This document shows positions 23,255 through 36,984 of a stretch of 64,000 nucleotides of DNA, one piece after another (position 1 is the first letter of the stretch; each line of letters opens with the position of its first letter). The DNA lies in contig NC_092676.1 of assembly GCF_964355755.1 (NCBI RefSeq), forward strand, positions 10,889,888 to 10,953,887. Direction: 5' to 3'. The translations under genes were made by a program, and so were the position numbers. A model generated the notes under the pieces. The model was not told the DNA's origin. It was given only the letters and a program-made list of their open reading frames with translations, and made no database searches. The stretch is from Antedon mediterranea (lineage: Eukaryota; Animalia; Echinodermata).

Positions 23255-26200
23255 TTAATTACATTTTTGTATATATTCTGAGACTGATGTATATATATAT
23301 GTTATATTATAGTACGTTGTATTTTCCTTCATTTATTTACTACATGAAAACATTTTTTGTAATATATTTGTAAATTTATATTTTAAGTTAGGGTGCCACA
23401 GATTAAAAGCTTTGCTTGCTTGTGGTTATCCTGTTTTTCACACTTTATTGTACTTAATCTTTTATTTATATTTTTAAGAATGTTGTGTGAAAAATAAAAG
23501 AATCAATCAATCAATCAATCAAATCAATCAAATAATATGTTGTTGTTACAAAATGATGTTGACAGACTCATTCACTGGTGTAATACCACTCACTGTGTAA
23601 AGTCGAAGGTTCTGTTGATATTTTACTTGATTTGCTTGCATTTTTCCGTCAAAAGGTTTTGTATAATGTCCAAGTTTGTCTAATTTATTATCTATTATAT
23701 TATATTGTCTTTCAGCCCTGTTAATGGTGATGTGTGGTCACTGATAGTATGATTCAAGATTCAAGAAATTGTATTTGTCCATAAAAATGGAAATTCACTT
23801 TGCTTGGTAGATTAAAACAACAATAAAAAACAGACATAAAAAAAGTTGCAACAATTTAAAACGATGATGAAATAAAGCATTTTTACAAAATAGTTTTCTT
23901 TAAATTTATTTTCTATACATTGTCAATATACATTATTACAAAGTACCTCATTACATCAATATACCTAATCCCTGCATATCCCATCACAATTTACCAAATT
24001 TTAAAATATATTTGGTCTGTAAAGGTTTCTGAGATGGTGGATCCAGTTTGACAAACTTTGAGAAATTCTTGACTTTAAAAACATCAAATTTAGCTACTTT
24101 CTTTTTAGCAGAATTCTTTACCAAATTAAATACAGTAGATTTTGGATTTACAGAAATATTGTATAATAAAAAATATTTTAGATATCTTCTTATATGACTT
24201 TTTTTTACTTAGGTAAAATATATATATCTAATGTGTCCGTTTTGTATCGAATCGAACCTGCATCGCTTGGTATCTCAAGATACTGCGGTCTGATAAATTG
24301 CAGCAGAGTCAATCCCAGTGGTTCCTCCATACTATGGATCGTCACAACAACTGTACATTAAAATAATATATATTTAGCATATTTAACTATATATTTTTTT
24401 TTAAACAAATAAATTTATTTTTTTTAGTTAAAGAATGTGTTGTTATAAATAAGTGAAAGATAACGAAATACAAGGAATTCAACCAGATGAAAAAAACAAA
24501 AAATTAAGGGTCAAAGTTTAAATGGACAATAGACAATAAAAATCATAATCTACACCAGCTTGGGTAAAAACACGCACTCTGATTGGCCGCATTGTAAACT
24601 GACAACCTAGCGTACTAATATTCATACGGGTTATTGTTATTATTGAAAAATATTTATTTGCAATCTTTTAAAATCGCTGTATTCTAACAACTTTAGTACC
24701 AAAACATAATTGAAGATTATAAATCAAACATTGTTTTATTTTATTTCCTACTTTTTAAAACATATTTAGAGTGATTTAGAGTGAAATATATTATGTATAC
24801 AAAGGAGTCGACATAGACCGCCAAAGGCCTATTCTTTAACCAGGGAGATACATCCCTCCGTTAACACTACATCCTATGCTATGCTAGGTAAACATGTCGA
24901 AAAAATACAAAATTTCAACATCTAAAAATTCCATTGTAACATCTATCAATATACACAAAACTTATGTCAAAATAATCATAATAGCATGTAGTATATGGAC
25001 TGAAACATGAAAATAATGGACTAACTCACTTTTTATGAAAAAAAGACGTATTTTGATGAGGCATATTTTCGAATCGTTGTAACTCATAAAATAAACATCA
25101 GAAAAGAAAAGAAAAAAATTCCCAGCAGTAGAACAACTTCCTGTTGACATTTTGGTACCAATAATGTCATCATTAGCCAACCAGAAGTAATTTTAAAGAT
25201 TTTTTTAAAAAAGAACCTTCAGCGCGAACTGAATATCAGGTCACACTTTTTTGGTGACATCAAAAAAGGGCGTGTCACCATAAGTTGCAGGTACCTATTA
25301 TATGTTATTGATATTTGTTTTACAGTCAACTTGTAACTTAACGATTACTGAATTGAAGGCTTGTGGTTTATGAGTTTGCGCCATAATTCATGTAAGGTTT
25401 GAACATTATTGGATTAACTCATATGTAGTATTTAATTAAAACCATCTATTTGATCATTTGTTAGACATACTGTATAACATTGTTCATAGAACCACGTTCT
25501 GGTTAGTTATTCAAATTGTTCGTTTATTTGAGACTTGTTAAACGATATTAAGTGATTATTATTTGTATTTTTCTAGTCACCCGACTATTTTCAGAGTCAG
25601 AGAATAAAAGTACTGAATTTTACATAGTTTGCGTTGTTGTGTTGGTGCCCTCATTATTCGTAAACTACATCAAGCCCAGATATTCTACACAACTTAAAAC
25701 CACAAAACCTTTTGGACTTAACATTGTTCCTAATGTTAAGTCCAAAAGGTTTTGTGGTTTTAAGTTGTAATAAAAAAAATATATATGCATCAACATAAAT
25801 CACTCCCAGATCGGTAAAATTGACCCAACAGTTTTAAGTTTCAATATTAACCACCATTTAACCTGTTTTTTTTTTAGTTTCATTCCAAAATTGTTTATAT
25901 CTCTACCAAGCTACCTTCTTTGTTTTCTACTCTTATTCAGACTCCACCCTGTCACCTTTTGTTGTATTTCTTTTATTCCTGTCCACCCAGGCAGGTCTTA
26001 TACTATGACGTTATTGCAGATTAAAAAATCGTGCTACCCTTTACACTACAAAGAGCAAATAGCTGCGATTGTCGTGTTCATCGCGTGTCTGTTGAGGAGC
26101 TGAGTTCTCATGAACACAGCTAATTACTGAGCTCTGAGTGTTGCGATTTTTCGTGATGAATGCGCATGCGCATAAGTTAACGCTTTGGATACGCGCCAAC

Positions 26201-26857
26201 ATAATTCGACTAGTGAAAAATAGGCTTCAAGATTCAAGAAATGTTATTGGTCCACTTTAAAATGCAAATTAATTTTGCACAATTTAATAAAATAATAAAA
26301 TACATCACATTGTAAGGCAATTCTAAAATACTATTTAGAGGCCTATGTTAAAATAATGTTTAAAATACTATTAAAAATGCAGATTGCAAAAACGCCATAG
26401 GCCCTGTAAAATACTGTTAAAACGTTACAAAATTCAAAAACAAATTACAGCATGTTTCAGCTAGCAGACAGTTAAACGAATGAGCTATATATTGACGCTA
26501 TTTGATCTCATTTGGAAAAAATTAAGAACAGTTGAGATACTACAATAATATGTATAATTAATTACATTTTGCTTGTGTTTGGTTTTTTTTTTTCCGGGTT
26601 TCGCATTCGGTTTTTATTTTAATATTTATTCTATTTCATTTATTTAAATTACACCAAACAGCTGTATAGCGAATTAACAAATTGATGACAAATACCCAAC
26701 AATGACAAGTAGCATCATTCACATAATATTGAGGTGTGGTATTTTTGTGATTATGTCCCTTGTCGCCACCTTAAATTGCTTAAGCAAATCTTAATGGTTT
26801 GTCAAGTGGTAACGGCCATTGTTAGATACAGACATGTCTCGACAGCCTACTTCTCCA

Positions 26858-26919
26858 TATATATGGCCTACTCGATGAGCGTAATATCCAGTTTGAGATC
26901 AGTATCGCAGAGGACAAAG
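26858..26919 (+). promoter_or_regulatory. Putative core promoter and non-coding first exon of MSMB-like gene 1
   Basis: TATATAT at 26858; Inr-like CCAGTT with A at 26890 (32 nt downstream); donor AAG|GTAAGT at 26919/26920. The ATG exon has an acceptor at 28554. Confidence 0.55.
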
Positions 26920-27212
26920 GTAAGTTTGAATTTGTTATTGTGTATTTTGTGTCTTCGATGTTTAAACTAATATACTTCAGGCAAACATCGGGTGTCTCTA
27001 TTATGTGGAAAATAAAGTCTAATCCTGCTTTTAATGAACGTAATAAAATTAAATATAAAAATATAACCTGGAACTAAATGCTTTAATAATTGAACCAAAG
27101 GCAGAGAGTCCACAAAGAATAGTTTAAAAACTACAGACAGTTTTATTAGTAAACATGTTTCGGTTTCTATTCAAAATAGAATAAATTAATTGCAAAAACT
27201 TATCCCCTCTTT

Positions 27213-28006
27213 AAACAAGGCCAACAGCCATTAAGTCGCGTGCTACAATGCATAGTGATACCGGACCGACAGACAAACAGACCGACAGACAGACAGACCG
27301 ACAGACAGACGGACCGACCGACATAGTGAACTATAGTGACCGAAATTACTGTAATGTTTAAAAATGTTGAAATGTTTAAAAACATTTATATTTTTTTAAT
27401 TTACACGTGCGTAGCCTGTCACTTTTGACGTGCTCGTATAACGTAATTTCAAGTTGAAAAGTAAGTCAAGAAAACAGAAATCGGGCAAAAAGAGTGCGCA
27501 ACAACATTTAACGCGCAGTGCGCGCGCAAAAATCAGCGCACGCATGGCAATTTTGTAAACGCTTAAAATTGCCTGAAACGTAGGCCCCTACTCTTATTTC
27601 ATCGAAAATAAATTTTGAAAATTTTAAGCGCGCGTACGCATGCGTTACATGCGCTACGCACGTAATTGTATTCCCATATGATGATTTATGCCCTGAAATT
27701 TATGAGTACCAAATTTTATTTAATTGTGATTCATGGTTGTTAAGATATGATTACAAACGTGATTTCGTTAAATCGTGCGTAGACCGCGTAATTTTTTATT
27801 GCGCACCGTGAAAACATAACCACATCGATTCCTGGCCATAAGGAATATTCTGTGAAAAATTGACTTAGCTAGATTAAACTGATATCAAGATAAGGTCATA
27901 AAGCGATAAAACGCATAGTGATTCCGGACCGACAGACAGACAGACCGACAGACAGACCGACCGACCGACATAGTGAACTATAGAGTCGCTTCCACGCGAC
28001 TAAAAA
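27213..28006 (-). mobile_element. Helentron-associated non-autonomous element (HINE/DINE-1-like)
   Basis: Sub-terminal inverted AGTCGCGTG/CACGCGACT, hairpin AGTCGC-TTCCAC-GCGACT, (GACA/GACC)n microsatellites, short stem-loop at the other end, no TSD. The core is shared with 43510-43920. Confidence 0.7.
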
Positions 28007-28574
28007 TGTTTACCGATGGTAATATATAGTAATAAATATAATACTACTACTTTTCACAGACTACGGTAGTTTTGCTTTTTCCATTTTCTTGTGTCTGAAA
28101 CAATTTGGATAACTATATTAAAAATGTTTATTCCATTTCTATAATATTAAAACATTTATAAGTTGTATTAATCCTAATTACAGAACTTGAATTCCAATGG
28201 TTTCATTTTCTGCCGAACCACCTTCTTTAAAAATATGTATGAAATTGAACTGTAGGCCTATATACTCTGTATTAAGTTTTTGCTCATCATCATTAACCTT
28301 GTACAGGCCTTTTACTATTGTCTTATTTATCATTTGAATGTTTTTAAATCTGTATTTTTAGCATTTTTCTTTTTATTGGACGAATAAATTAAATAAATAA
28401 AAACAGATTTTATAAATAAAGGATAACATTTTCAGCTTCAACATATTTCCATTAATAACGATGTTCTATAAATAAATGTTATTTGTATAAATCTATGGTA
28501 TGTCTACTTTCTGGAACCCCCTATGATTATTTAAAACACTATTTCAATACGTAGGTTAAACGGAGAAGACAAAC

Positions 28575-30115
28575 ATGAAGCTGGCCGTGATTGTGTTCTT
28601 TGCATTGATTTACGCCATCGATGCCAGTTGCAGCTATCAAAGTAAGTGTTTCTTCAGGGGAACTAGATAACAACTACCTGTCAGTTGAAGGATTAACTTT
28701 TAAATATAACTGGTCACATGACTGCTTTTTATGGGAGCGATTACATTATAAGTTGTTTTAGTATTTTTATTTAGTTACATATGGCGTTTCTAAGAGGTTG
28801 AAGTCATTAAAATAAGAACATAATTATTGTTGTCATAATAAACAAATTCAGACCTACTACAATTCATTTAAAGCAAAATGTGTGGATAACCTTGGCAAAC
28901 GTTACAAACCGGGCAGACGATGGACTGAAAGGTATGAGAAGTATTGCAGAGAATGTTATTGTTCCAAATCTGGCGCGGGAGCATCATGCTGCAGCACGTA
29001 CGTATTGAGTTTAACTCATTGTTTTGGAACTAACAAATCTGTAACTCTCCAAATATACAATGTTATCCGGGTTATTAGTACATTTGTGATATTTGTCTAA
29101 AAGACAAAGTACAACTGTACGTAGGCCTACTTCTTACTCTAAACATTTCAGTGTGGAGTAGGGTTCCAAGTAAAATATTATTTAGGTTTGTTTTGTCCTT
29201 TTCTAAAGATATATCACTACAACAGCCTGGTAAAGGGAATATGAAGTTTCTGTAACTGTATTCACTAACATAAAAAAAAAACATAGGTCTAATGATACAT
29301 TTCAATATAATGGAGACGTTATTATTGAACTTTTCTGTCTTCTGTGGGTTCGTTCCATATTAATGTGTATACAAACAAATTGCCGTCACGTAATAAATTA
29401 CGTAATGTCACAAAAATTTCACATAACAATCAAAATAATTATCAGTTTGTTGTAAAAGTAAAGTTATAGATTATTACACAATTAGGATTAGGAATTCATA
29501 CAATATATTTAAGGTCATACATTCAGTAGTTTCAATTTACAGAAAAAACAGTCTCACAAATATTCATTATTTTCTATAATTTCATTAGTGAATTAATAAT
29601 TAATTCATGTTATCGGAATTATTTATAACAGACATGATGATCATCAACACGAATGGCGCCATCACTGACACCATAGTTTGATGAACTGGCTATATATTGA
29701 CGAATTCCACCTAGAGTTTATTAAATCAATTATCAAAACAGTCATTAAATTGAAATACATAAATGGAAATAATTGTTATAGGGCGTGTATTATGATAGTT
29801 AATTGTATTAAATTATGTATAACTACTAGTGTAAATTGGTAACCAACGGAAGATGGAAATGAATATCATTTTTCCGTTTTAAAAAACTGGAAAAATGTTT
29901 AATTAGTTTAATTACTTATAAGCCAATTTCTTTTCCTTGTAGTCATAACACGTTTATAATGATATATTGAAATTGTTCTTTTTAGAGGTTATATTTCTAG
30001 TTACCCAGAGCACTGTGTTGACATATTTGATAACCAGAATTGCGTTCATCACGTCGTCGAAAAGTCAGACCCATGCAAACCATGTTCTGGACCAATAGCT
30101 GCTGTTGGAAAATAA
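28575..30115 (+). CDS. Secreted beta-microseminoprotein (MSMB/MSMP)-like protein 1; coding exons 28575-28641, 28874-28997, 29986-30115
   Basis: Spliced product MKLAVIVFFALIYAIDA-SCSYQTKCVDNLGKRYKPGRRWTERYEKYCRECYCSKSGAGASCCSTGYISSYPEHCVDIFDNQNCVHHVVEKSDPCKPCSGPIAAVGK*. Signal peptide, PSP94 Cys pattern (C..C..W..CxxCxC..CC..C..C..VEKxDP..C), GT-AG introns in phases 1 and 2. The acceptor at 28873 is a weak AAG. Confidence 0.85.
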
Positions 30116-30909
30116 GTAGGCCTAATCTTGTAAATTTCAAGAAACTCCAGCTTCTTTTTTTAAACTGTTATTGTTATTAAAAATGTTTAATATTCAAAAT
30201 GTACTGTATGTGCTATTCAAGAGCTTAAATCAAGGAACTAAATGTCAATTTTCAAATTAATTATTTATCCTTTAATCTGAGGCAAGTAAAAACAGTTATA
30301 AAAATGTAATTGGAAAAATTGAAATAAAATTATAATGATTATTATTATTACTGTGGTTTCTCATCAATTAGCAATATTCAATGTACAAATATGACTCAAT
30401 CAGCCAATTTTCAAAACTAACACAACAAAGGTCGTTATTACCTTGTCTTGCGATCTATACATTACATTAGTATTTTGTTTCTTTGAATCATTTAAAAAAA
30501 AAAGTTTACTTAATAATAAACATAAAATGTTATAAATTACTTGAACCAGAAAATTCACAAATTTAGAAAATACCGTAAGTATTAGGATTGTAACATTATT
30601 ATATTGGATAGAGAATGTTTAGCCACATGTTATAATAAACTATATTAAAAGTTGACGTGAACTACTACAATTGACATTGGACATATCTGTACATATTTAA
30701 AAAAAAACGAAACCCAAATTATGATTTTTTTTCCAAGAAATCCGATAAACTAAAGTAGTTCTTAAGGAAATACGCGATGGGAAGTTCCGGCTTAACACTT
30801 CCGAGTTTGTGCAAATAAGGGAGCAATTTGTGTTTCAACCTCTTAAAATCAATAGCAATAGTTGTACGATGTTTGAAATTGAAATCCTCAAGGCACCAAA
30901 GTCTCATGT

Positions 30910-32185
30910 GGATTCAATTCACATTTATTTACTCATCGTTTATAAATACAGTTTCATAGCATAAATGATGGCAAGGATCCTGCATAGAGAAGTTTACACT
31001 TCTGTTTTCGCAGGACCCTTTTACATAAAAAACATAAAACAATAAACACAACATATTAGATACAAAATAAAAAAAAAAACATTTCCTATATACATTTTAG
31101 AGTTGTTCATCATCAAAAAGCGATACTGTTTTTCTAACATGATTTTGTATACATTTTGTCTTAAAAAAGAAGATATTCAGTTTATTACTTCCAGTACATG
31201 TGGATTCTTTCTATATATATTATAGCAAAAGTATGAATACATATAATATAAAACAGGCTATGTGTGTATACTCGCACACACCAACACAAATGCATAATAT
31301 ATGCATCTATATTCTATGAGTGAAGCATTTTAAGTTCTGTAATTCGATAAAATGTCTCTTTTTACATATTTTTTTAGTATTTTATAATTTTTGTTAACAA
31401 TATCTAAGTGATTTCTACAGAGCTCGTTCCATAGTTTCGGTCCGTGAATACTGATAAAATGTTGACCAGACGTTAACCTAGAGTATGGTTGTTTTACGCT
31501 ACAAATATTTCGAAGATTATGGGTAGTATTTTCGTTTCTTTTGAATATCATTTGGATTCGTCTGGGTAAAACATTGCTTTTAATCTGGGCCATGAAACCT
31601 AGGACGGTAACTCTGTTGATATCTTGTATGTTAAGTATATTTAATTGCTTAAACAGTAGCTCAGAATGTTGCCATGGCTTTTTAAATAAAATTATTCTAG
31701 CAGCCTTTTTCTGGAGTTTAAGAAGGGATTCTAGTGTACTATCATATGTACTGCCCCAAATAATGTTTCCATACTGAAGGTGCGGTAGAATTAATGTATT
31801 ATACAAATTTGTTAAAATATAATTAGGAAAAAAATGTCTAGTTTTTATCAATATTCCAATAGACCTAGCGGTTTTTTTTACTAATAAGCCTTATATGATT
31901 TTTCCAGCAAAGGTTCTCATTTATTACAACCCCAAGAAATGTTACATTTTTTTGTTGTTTTAAAGTAATGTTATTCATTTTCAATTCAATGTTGGTTGTA
32001 ATAATACGCCTTTGGGCAGTTTTAAAGAATACGTAATTTGTTTTGCTGGTGTTTAATAAAAGTTTATTAGCTTTGAACCACATATTAATTCTATCTAGTT
32101 CCACATTCATAGTGTTTGACAATGCGTTCAGGTTATTTCCACACTTGAATCCTGTTGTATCATCGGCAAAGCTAATTAATTCAAT
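30910..32185 (-). mobile_element. 3' fragment of a CR1/L2-group LINE
   Basis: FADDT near 32170, then WFKANKLLLNTSKT, FLGVVI, LYNTLILPHLQYGNIIWG and GPKLWN, followed by a 3' UTR. Confidence 0.88.
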
Positions 32186-32480
32186 TTGTGTACTTGAGTA
32201 CTAAACTAAAGTTGTGATAATTATGATATTGGCTCTAAAAGGATAAGCCAAAATTACACTATTAACGTTTAATTTAATCTACAACCAATGAGTAGATGAA
32301 TATGTTTGTTGTAGAGGAAAATGTATACTTTGCTCGTTTTGTGTGTGGTTCTGATATTGTACGTCACAATCCTAAAGAAGTTAAGTGAAAGCCAAGTTGC
32401 TGCAACACCATTGTTGTTGTTGTTGTCGTCGTCGTCATCGTCGTCGTCATCATGATTATCATCATGATTATTATGATATT

Positions 32481-33273
32481 TGTCGTGGTAGGCGAGACAA
32501 TGCCCGGATTAATTTGGAAGTTTGCTCCCCGGGTATCAAGCGTGCGAGGCTTGGCTCAAATGAATACAATATCAAGACCAACAGAAAGACAACAAGTTGT
32601 TGATTGCCGTTACCATACCATTTATTGTGCACGAATCAACGTTACTCAGAAAATAAAGAGAACGAAGGAAAACCCTGAAAATATACAAACAAGAGTTACA
32701 TAATTTCAATAACAATCAGTTTATAACTTCACTTTACCACTGTATTACCACTATAATTAAACACAACCTCACTGTGTACAAACTGGTTATCATTAAGAAC
32801 AATACAATCTAATAACAATATAAACGTCATTACAAACGATTAATACCTGAATCAACTTGAATGATGTATTTACTAACTAAGAACGAAAGATCGTACAGCA
32901 ATCAACCATTTCTCTATAAATTGAAGTAAAGATTTGAGAACATTATTTGCTTTATTTAAGTTGTATGCATGCAATTTCGTATAATCAATTAACAGGCAAT
33001 GATCCGTCTATCGTGTAATATAATTCGTTTTACTACTTACAATGGTAACTTCAACAACGGCTTAATAATATATATACAACACAGTAACGAAAATCACATC
33101 TTCCTCTGTTTGCAACAAAAGATTTTCTGACGCGCAGACAGAAAAACCAGGTAGTTAAACAAAACATCACCTATATGCAAATGCGCCAAACACAATGCTC
33201 GCGAAACAACTAGCAGCAAGACACTTATATGCAAATACGCAGAACGCATACGAACAACAACTGATCCATGACA
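32481..33273 (-). mobile_element. Probable solo LTR inserted in an (ATC/ATT)n microsatellite
   Basis: TGTCGTGG...CCATGACA termini (TG..CA with short imperfect IR); minus-strand AATAAA near 32621-32626; flanks ATATT/TTATT form an imperfect TSD. Confidence 0.6.
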
Positions 33274-33929
33274 TTATTATCATTATGATTATTATGAATA
33301 TTATTATTATTTGTTTGAGTAATTGACAGCCTACTTTCCATGAGCTACTCGGCCAAAGTAAATGTTCACATTATTTAAGTAACACGTTTTGTAGAATCAA
33401 GGTAAGATTTAACATGCTATTGTGTAGTAACACTGAATGAAACTACTTTAACGAAAAATTATGCTTAAATACATTTTATTGGTAGGTGTACAGTACTACA
33501 TTTTATTTATAAGCAAAATATTCTACTGTACAATTACTGTTGCCATTAGACCTAAATGTGTTACCATGAATTTTCTAAATAAAAATCATATAAACTATTT
33601 CAATTCTTAAGCAAACGATGGCAAAATGAAGCTTTACCTATCCGAGTGTGTACCTTGTTGCAAAGTAACTGAAATTCAGAAACTTATTGTAACTGAAGTT
33701 AAGCAGTAGACATAAGCAAACATATTATATTATTTTATAAAATAGATAGTTCTTAATATACTAATAAAATCAAGAAACATACAGAATCAAAGCATGGATA
33801 ACAATACAGCTAACGATGATGAAAACGAAATATCTAATCCAATGGATATACTATTTAATCCAATATATTGCTAACGACGGTAATTATAATTACCATGACG
33901 AAATAAGCTAAATGCTGTTGAGATCTTAT

Positions 33930-34220
33930 ATGAGTCCATATGACTTGAATGAATCTGTAGGCCTACAGAAATTAAAACATATTGGCTATTCTTTCCTTAA
34001 CTATAATATTCGAAGTATCAATAAACACATTGATGAACTAACTACATACCTAAACCTAATCAACTACTCCTTTACAATAATAGGTACTGTATATCGGAAA
34101 CAATACATCGTTCAGACCATATTTACAGAGCTGTGACTTCCTCGCATTAGCAGAATCGGATAAAGCAGGAGGTGTTGGTATCTTTGTTTCTTAAAATAGA
34201 TATAAAGCAGAGAAAAGATC
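33930..34220 (+). pseudogene. Degenerate LINE APE endonuclease fragment
   Basis: SFLNYNIRSINKHIDEL...FTIIG, and GGVGIFV downstream. Confidence 0.65.
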
Positions 34221-34626
34221 TATGTATTGAATCTTGTGAATTCTGTAGCTGTTAGTACACTCAACGTGGAAGACTGTCGACAGTCTACCAGAGACCTATC
34301 TGACTGTATTAAGTACTTTTAATACACGATATCGCTGTCATTAGGTTCCTATCTGGAGACAATTTGTAACGTTATACTTATAGGCTATATTCAATATAAA
34401 ATCCACTCGGCAACCAGAATAGTAGCAAGAAGGCCTAGTCAATTATTGTACAAATTACGTAATTAGTTTAGTAGCTCATCTACCTTTTTAGCAGGGCATA
34501 ATGAATATCGTAGCTAGGCTAGGCCTACTAGCGTGAAATCAACCAATTATTTGGGTGGTATGAGGGGGTGGGTAGGAAGTTAAGTACGAGTTGGCATGGG
34601 TACGAGTCGACCAGGGTACACCCACT

Positions 34627-36984
34627 GGAGTATGGTCGAAGCGGCCGCCAACCAAAGCGGCCGCCAGTTTAATATCGTCATTTGTATGGAACGCCATGTG
34701 CGCTTTAATCTTTGATTGTCGTTGTCAACGCCATGGCCTATGGCGAGTTGAGTTACAGCTGTGTGTATGGTCAAACCAATAAATATAAGCCAAATCATGT
34801 AACTGATAAAACTGATAACTGATAAAAATACTTTTATTGCAACTTTTGGGTTGAATTATACTATCAAATCTTTATATTTCTATAATAATTAAGTTTGCCT
34901 GCGGATAAATCAATGTATATTTTATTTGTATTTTAATATTAATAACTAACTAAAAATATATTTACATTATATATTATCGAATCATTAATAATTTACGTTT
35001 GCATCATAATCTACATACTATTGAACCTCTATGTCTCATTTATTACGTACTATTTATTTATTTGTTTATTTTATCTTCTTGACCCGACGTTTCTTGAGCA
35101 CTCTCCTATCGAATCTTTATACAGATTGCATTAATAATTTACGTACGGTATTGGCGAATATTTATATCTCATTTACATACTATCGAATCTTCATACAGTA
35201 TTGCAATAATAATTTACGTACGGTATTGCCGAATCTTTATATCTCATTTACATACTATCGAATCTTTTTACAGTATTGCAATATAATAATTTACGTACGG
35301 TATTGGCGAATATTTATATCTCATTTACATACTATCGAATCCTTATACAGTATTGCATTAATAATTTACGTACGGTATTGCTGAATCCTTGTATCTCATA
35401 GAATCTTTTTACAGTATTGCAATAATAATTTACGTACTATTAAGGTATTGCCGAATCTTTATATCTCATTTACATACTATCGAGTCTTTATACAGTATTG
35501 CATTAATAATTTACGTACGGTATTGCCGAATATTTATATCTCATTTACATACTATCGAATCTTTATACAGTACTGCATTAATAATTTACGTACGGTATTG
35601 CCGAATCTTTATATCTCATTTACATCAAATCTTTATACAGTACTGTATTGCAATAATAATTTACGTACGGTATTGCCGAATATTTATATCTCATTTACAT
35701 CAAATCTTTATACAGTATTGCATTAATAATTCATGTACGGTATTGCCGAATCTTTATATCTCATTTACATCGAATCTTTATACAGTATTGCAATAATAAT
35801 TTACGTACGGTATTGCCGAATATTTATATCTCATTTACATCGAATCTTTATACAGTATTGCAATAATAAGTACGTACGGTATTGCCGAATATTTATATCT
35901 CATTAATTTACATCGAATCTTTACAGTATTGCATTAATAATTTACGTACGGTATTGCCGAATCTTTATATCTCATTTACATCGAATCTTTATACAGTATT
36001 GCAATAATAAGTTACGTACGGTATATTGCCGAATATTTATATCTCATTAATTTACATCGAATCTTTACAGTATTGCATTAATAATTTACGTACGGTATTG
36101 CCGAATCTTTATATCTCATTTACATCGAATCTTTATACAGTATTGCAATAATAAGTTACGTACGGTATTGCCGAATTTTTATATCTCGTTTACACTGTAC
36201 TATCGAATCTTGGTTTTTATTATTAGTAATAGGGTGTGTTATACATTTAAGTGTTATTCCATTGTAATACATTGTTTGTGTTTTCAATGAAGCAACGTGA
36301 AGACGAAAACGCGACCTTCTACAGCACTATTCCTGGCCGGCCGCCAGTCGAGTTATTAGCAGAAATTCACGTAATTAATTACGTATACCGTACAGGCACT
36401 TGCGTCTTATTTTAGTATTTAAAACTAATTTTAAATTGATCAATATTTATATATCTGAAGGTATAAAACAATTTAGGATATTAAATAAATAAATTGATGT
36501 CATCATGTTATTGTAATTAAATTATGTTTGCGAACACGTACTACTTACAGTAGTTACTTTACTAATATATTAATATACAATAACAAATATATATATTTTG
36601 ATTTGATATATTTTATTGAAAAAATATATATATTATTCTTAATAATTGGCATATTATATATTATACAATAAAAACACCACAATGTTTTTTATTGACTTTA
36701 TTAAACATATATATCATTTAGAACAGTTAAAGTAAGTAATCATCGATTCGCCATTTCGTTTAAAAGAAGGTATCACATTCAATCTGTCAAAAAAGAGAAT
36801 ATATTACATAATATTAATAATGTAAGTTGTTATTTACGTCCGAGGAAAAGAAAACCTGACGATCGAAACAATGACAATCAAAAATGACAAAACAACGACA
36901 ATCAAAGCGCACACGGCGTTCCATACAAATTACCGTTATTGAACTAGCGGCCGCTTTGGTTGGCGGCCGCTTCGACCGTAATCC
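34627..36984. mobile_element. Non-autonomous TIR element with GG termini and 8-bp TSD (Merlin-like)
   Basis: GGAGTATGGTCGAAGCGGCCGCCAACCAAAGCGGCCGC... is inverted at ~36897-36984; TSD CACCCACT (34619-34626, 36985-36992). Confidence 0.8.
35110..36205. repeat. Minisatellite, ~63-68-bp unit, ~16 copies, inside the Merlin-like element
   Basis: TACAGTATTGCA(T/A)TAATAATTTACGTACGGTATTGCCGAAT(C/A)TTTATATCTCATTTACAT repeated. Confidence 0.92.

Larger units (their letters stand above)
18895..23530 (+). mobile_element. Near-full-length CR1/L2-group (Crack-like) LINE with L1-type ORF1
   Basis: 5' UTR, ORF1, spacer, APE-RT ORF2 and 3' UTR ending AATAAA followed by an (AATC)n tail at ~23502-23530. Confidence 0.9.

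Noticed and set aside
32385-32703. Cys/Arg/His-rich ORF resembling a metal-binding peptide
   Set aside because: It is trinucleotide microsatellite sequence running into a solo LTR.
35031-35796. Repetitive ORFs (IIYVRYCRIFISHL...) and a CRISPR-like look
   Set aside because: These are translations of a minisatellite; there are no unique spacers or cas genes, and the context is eukaryotic.
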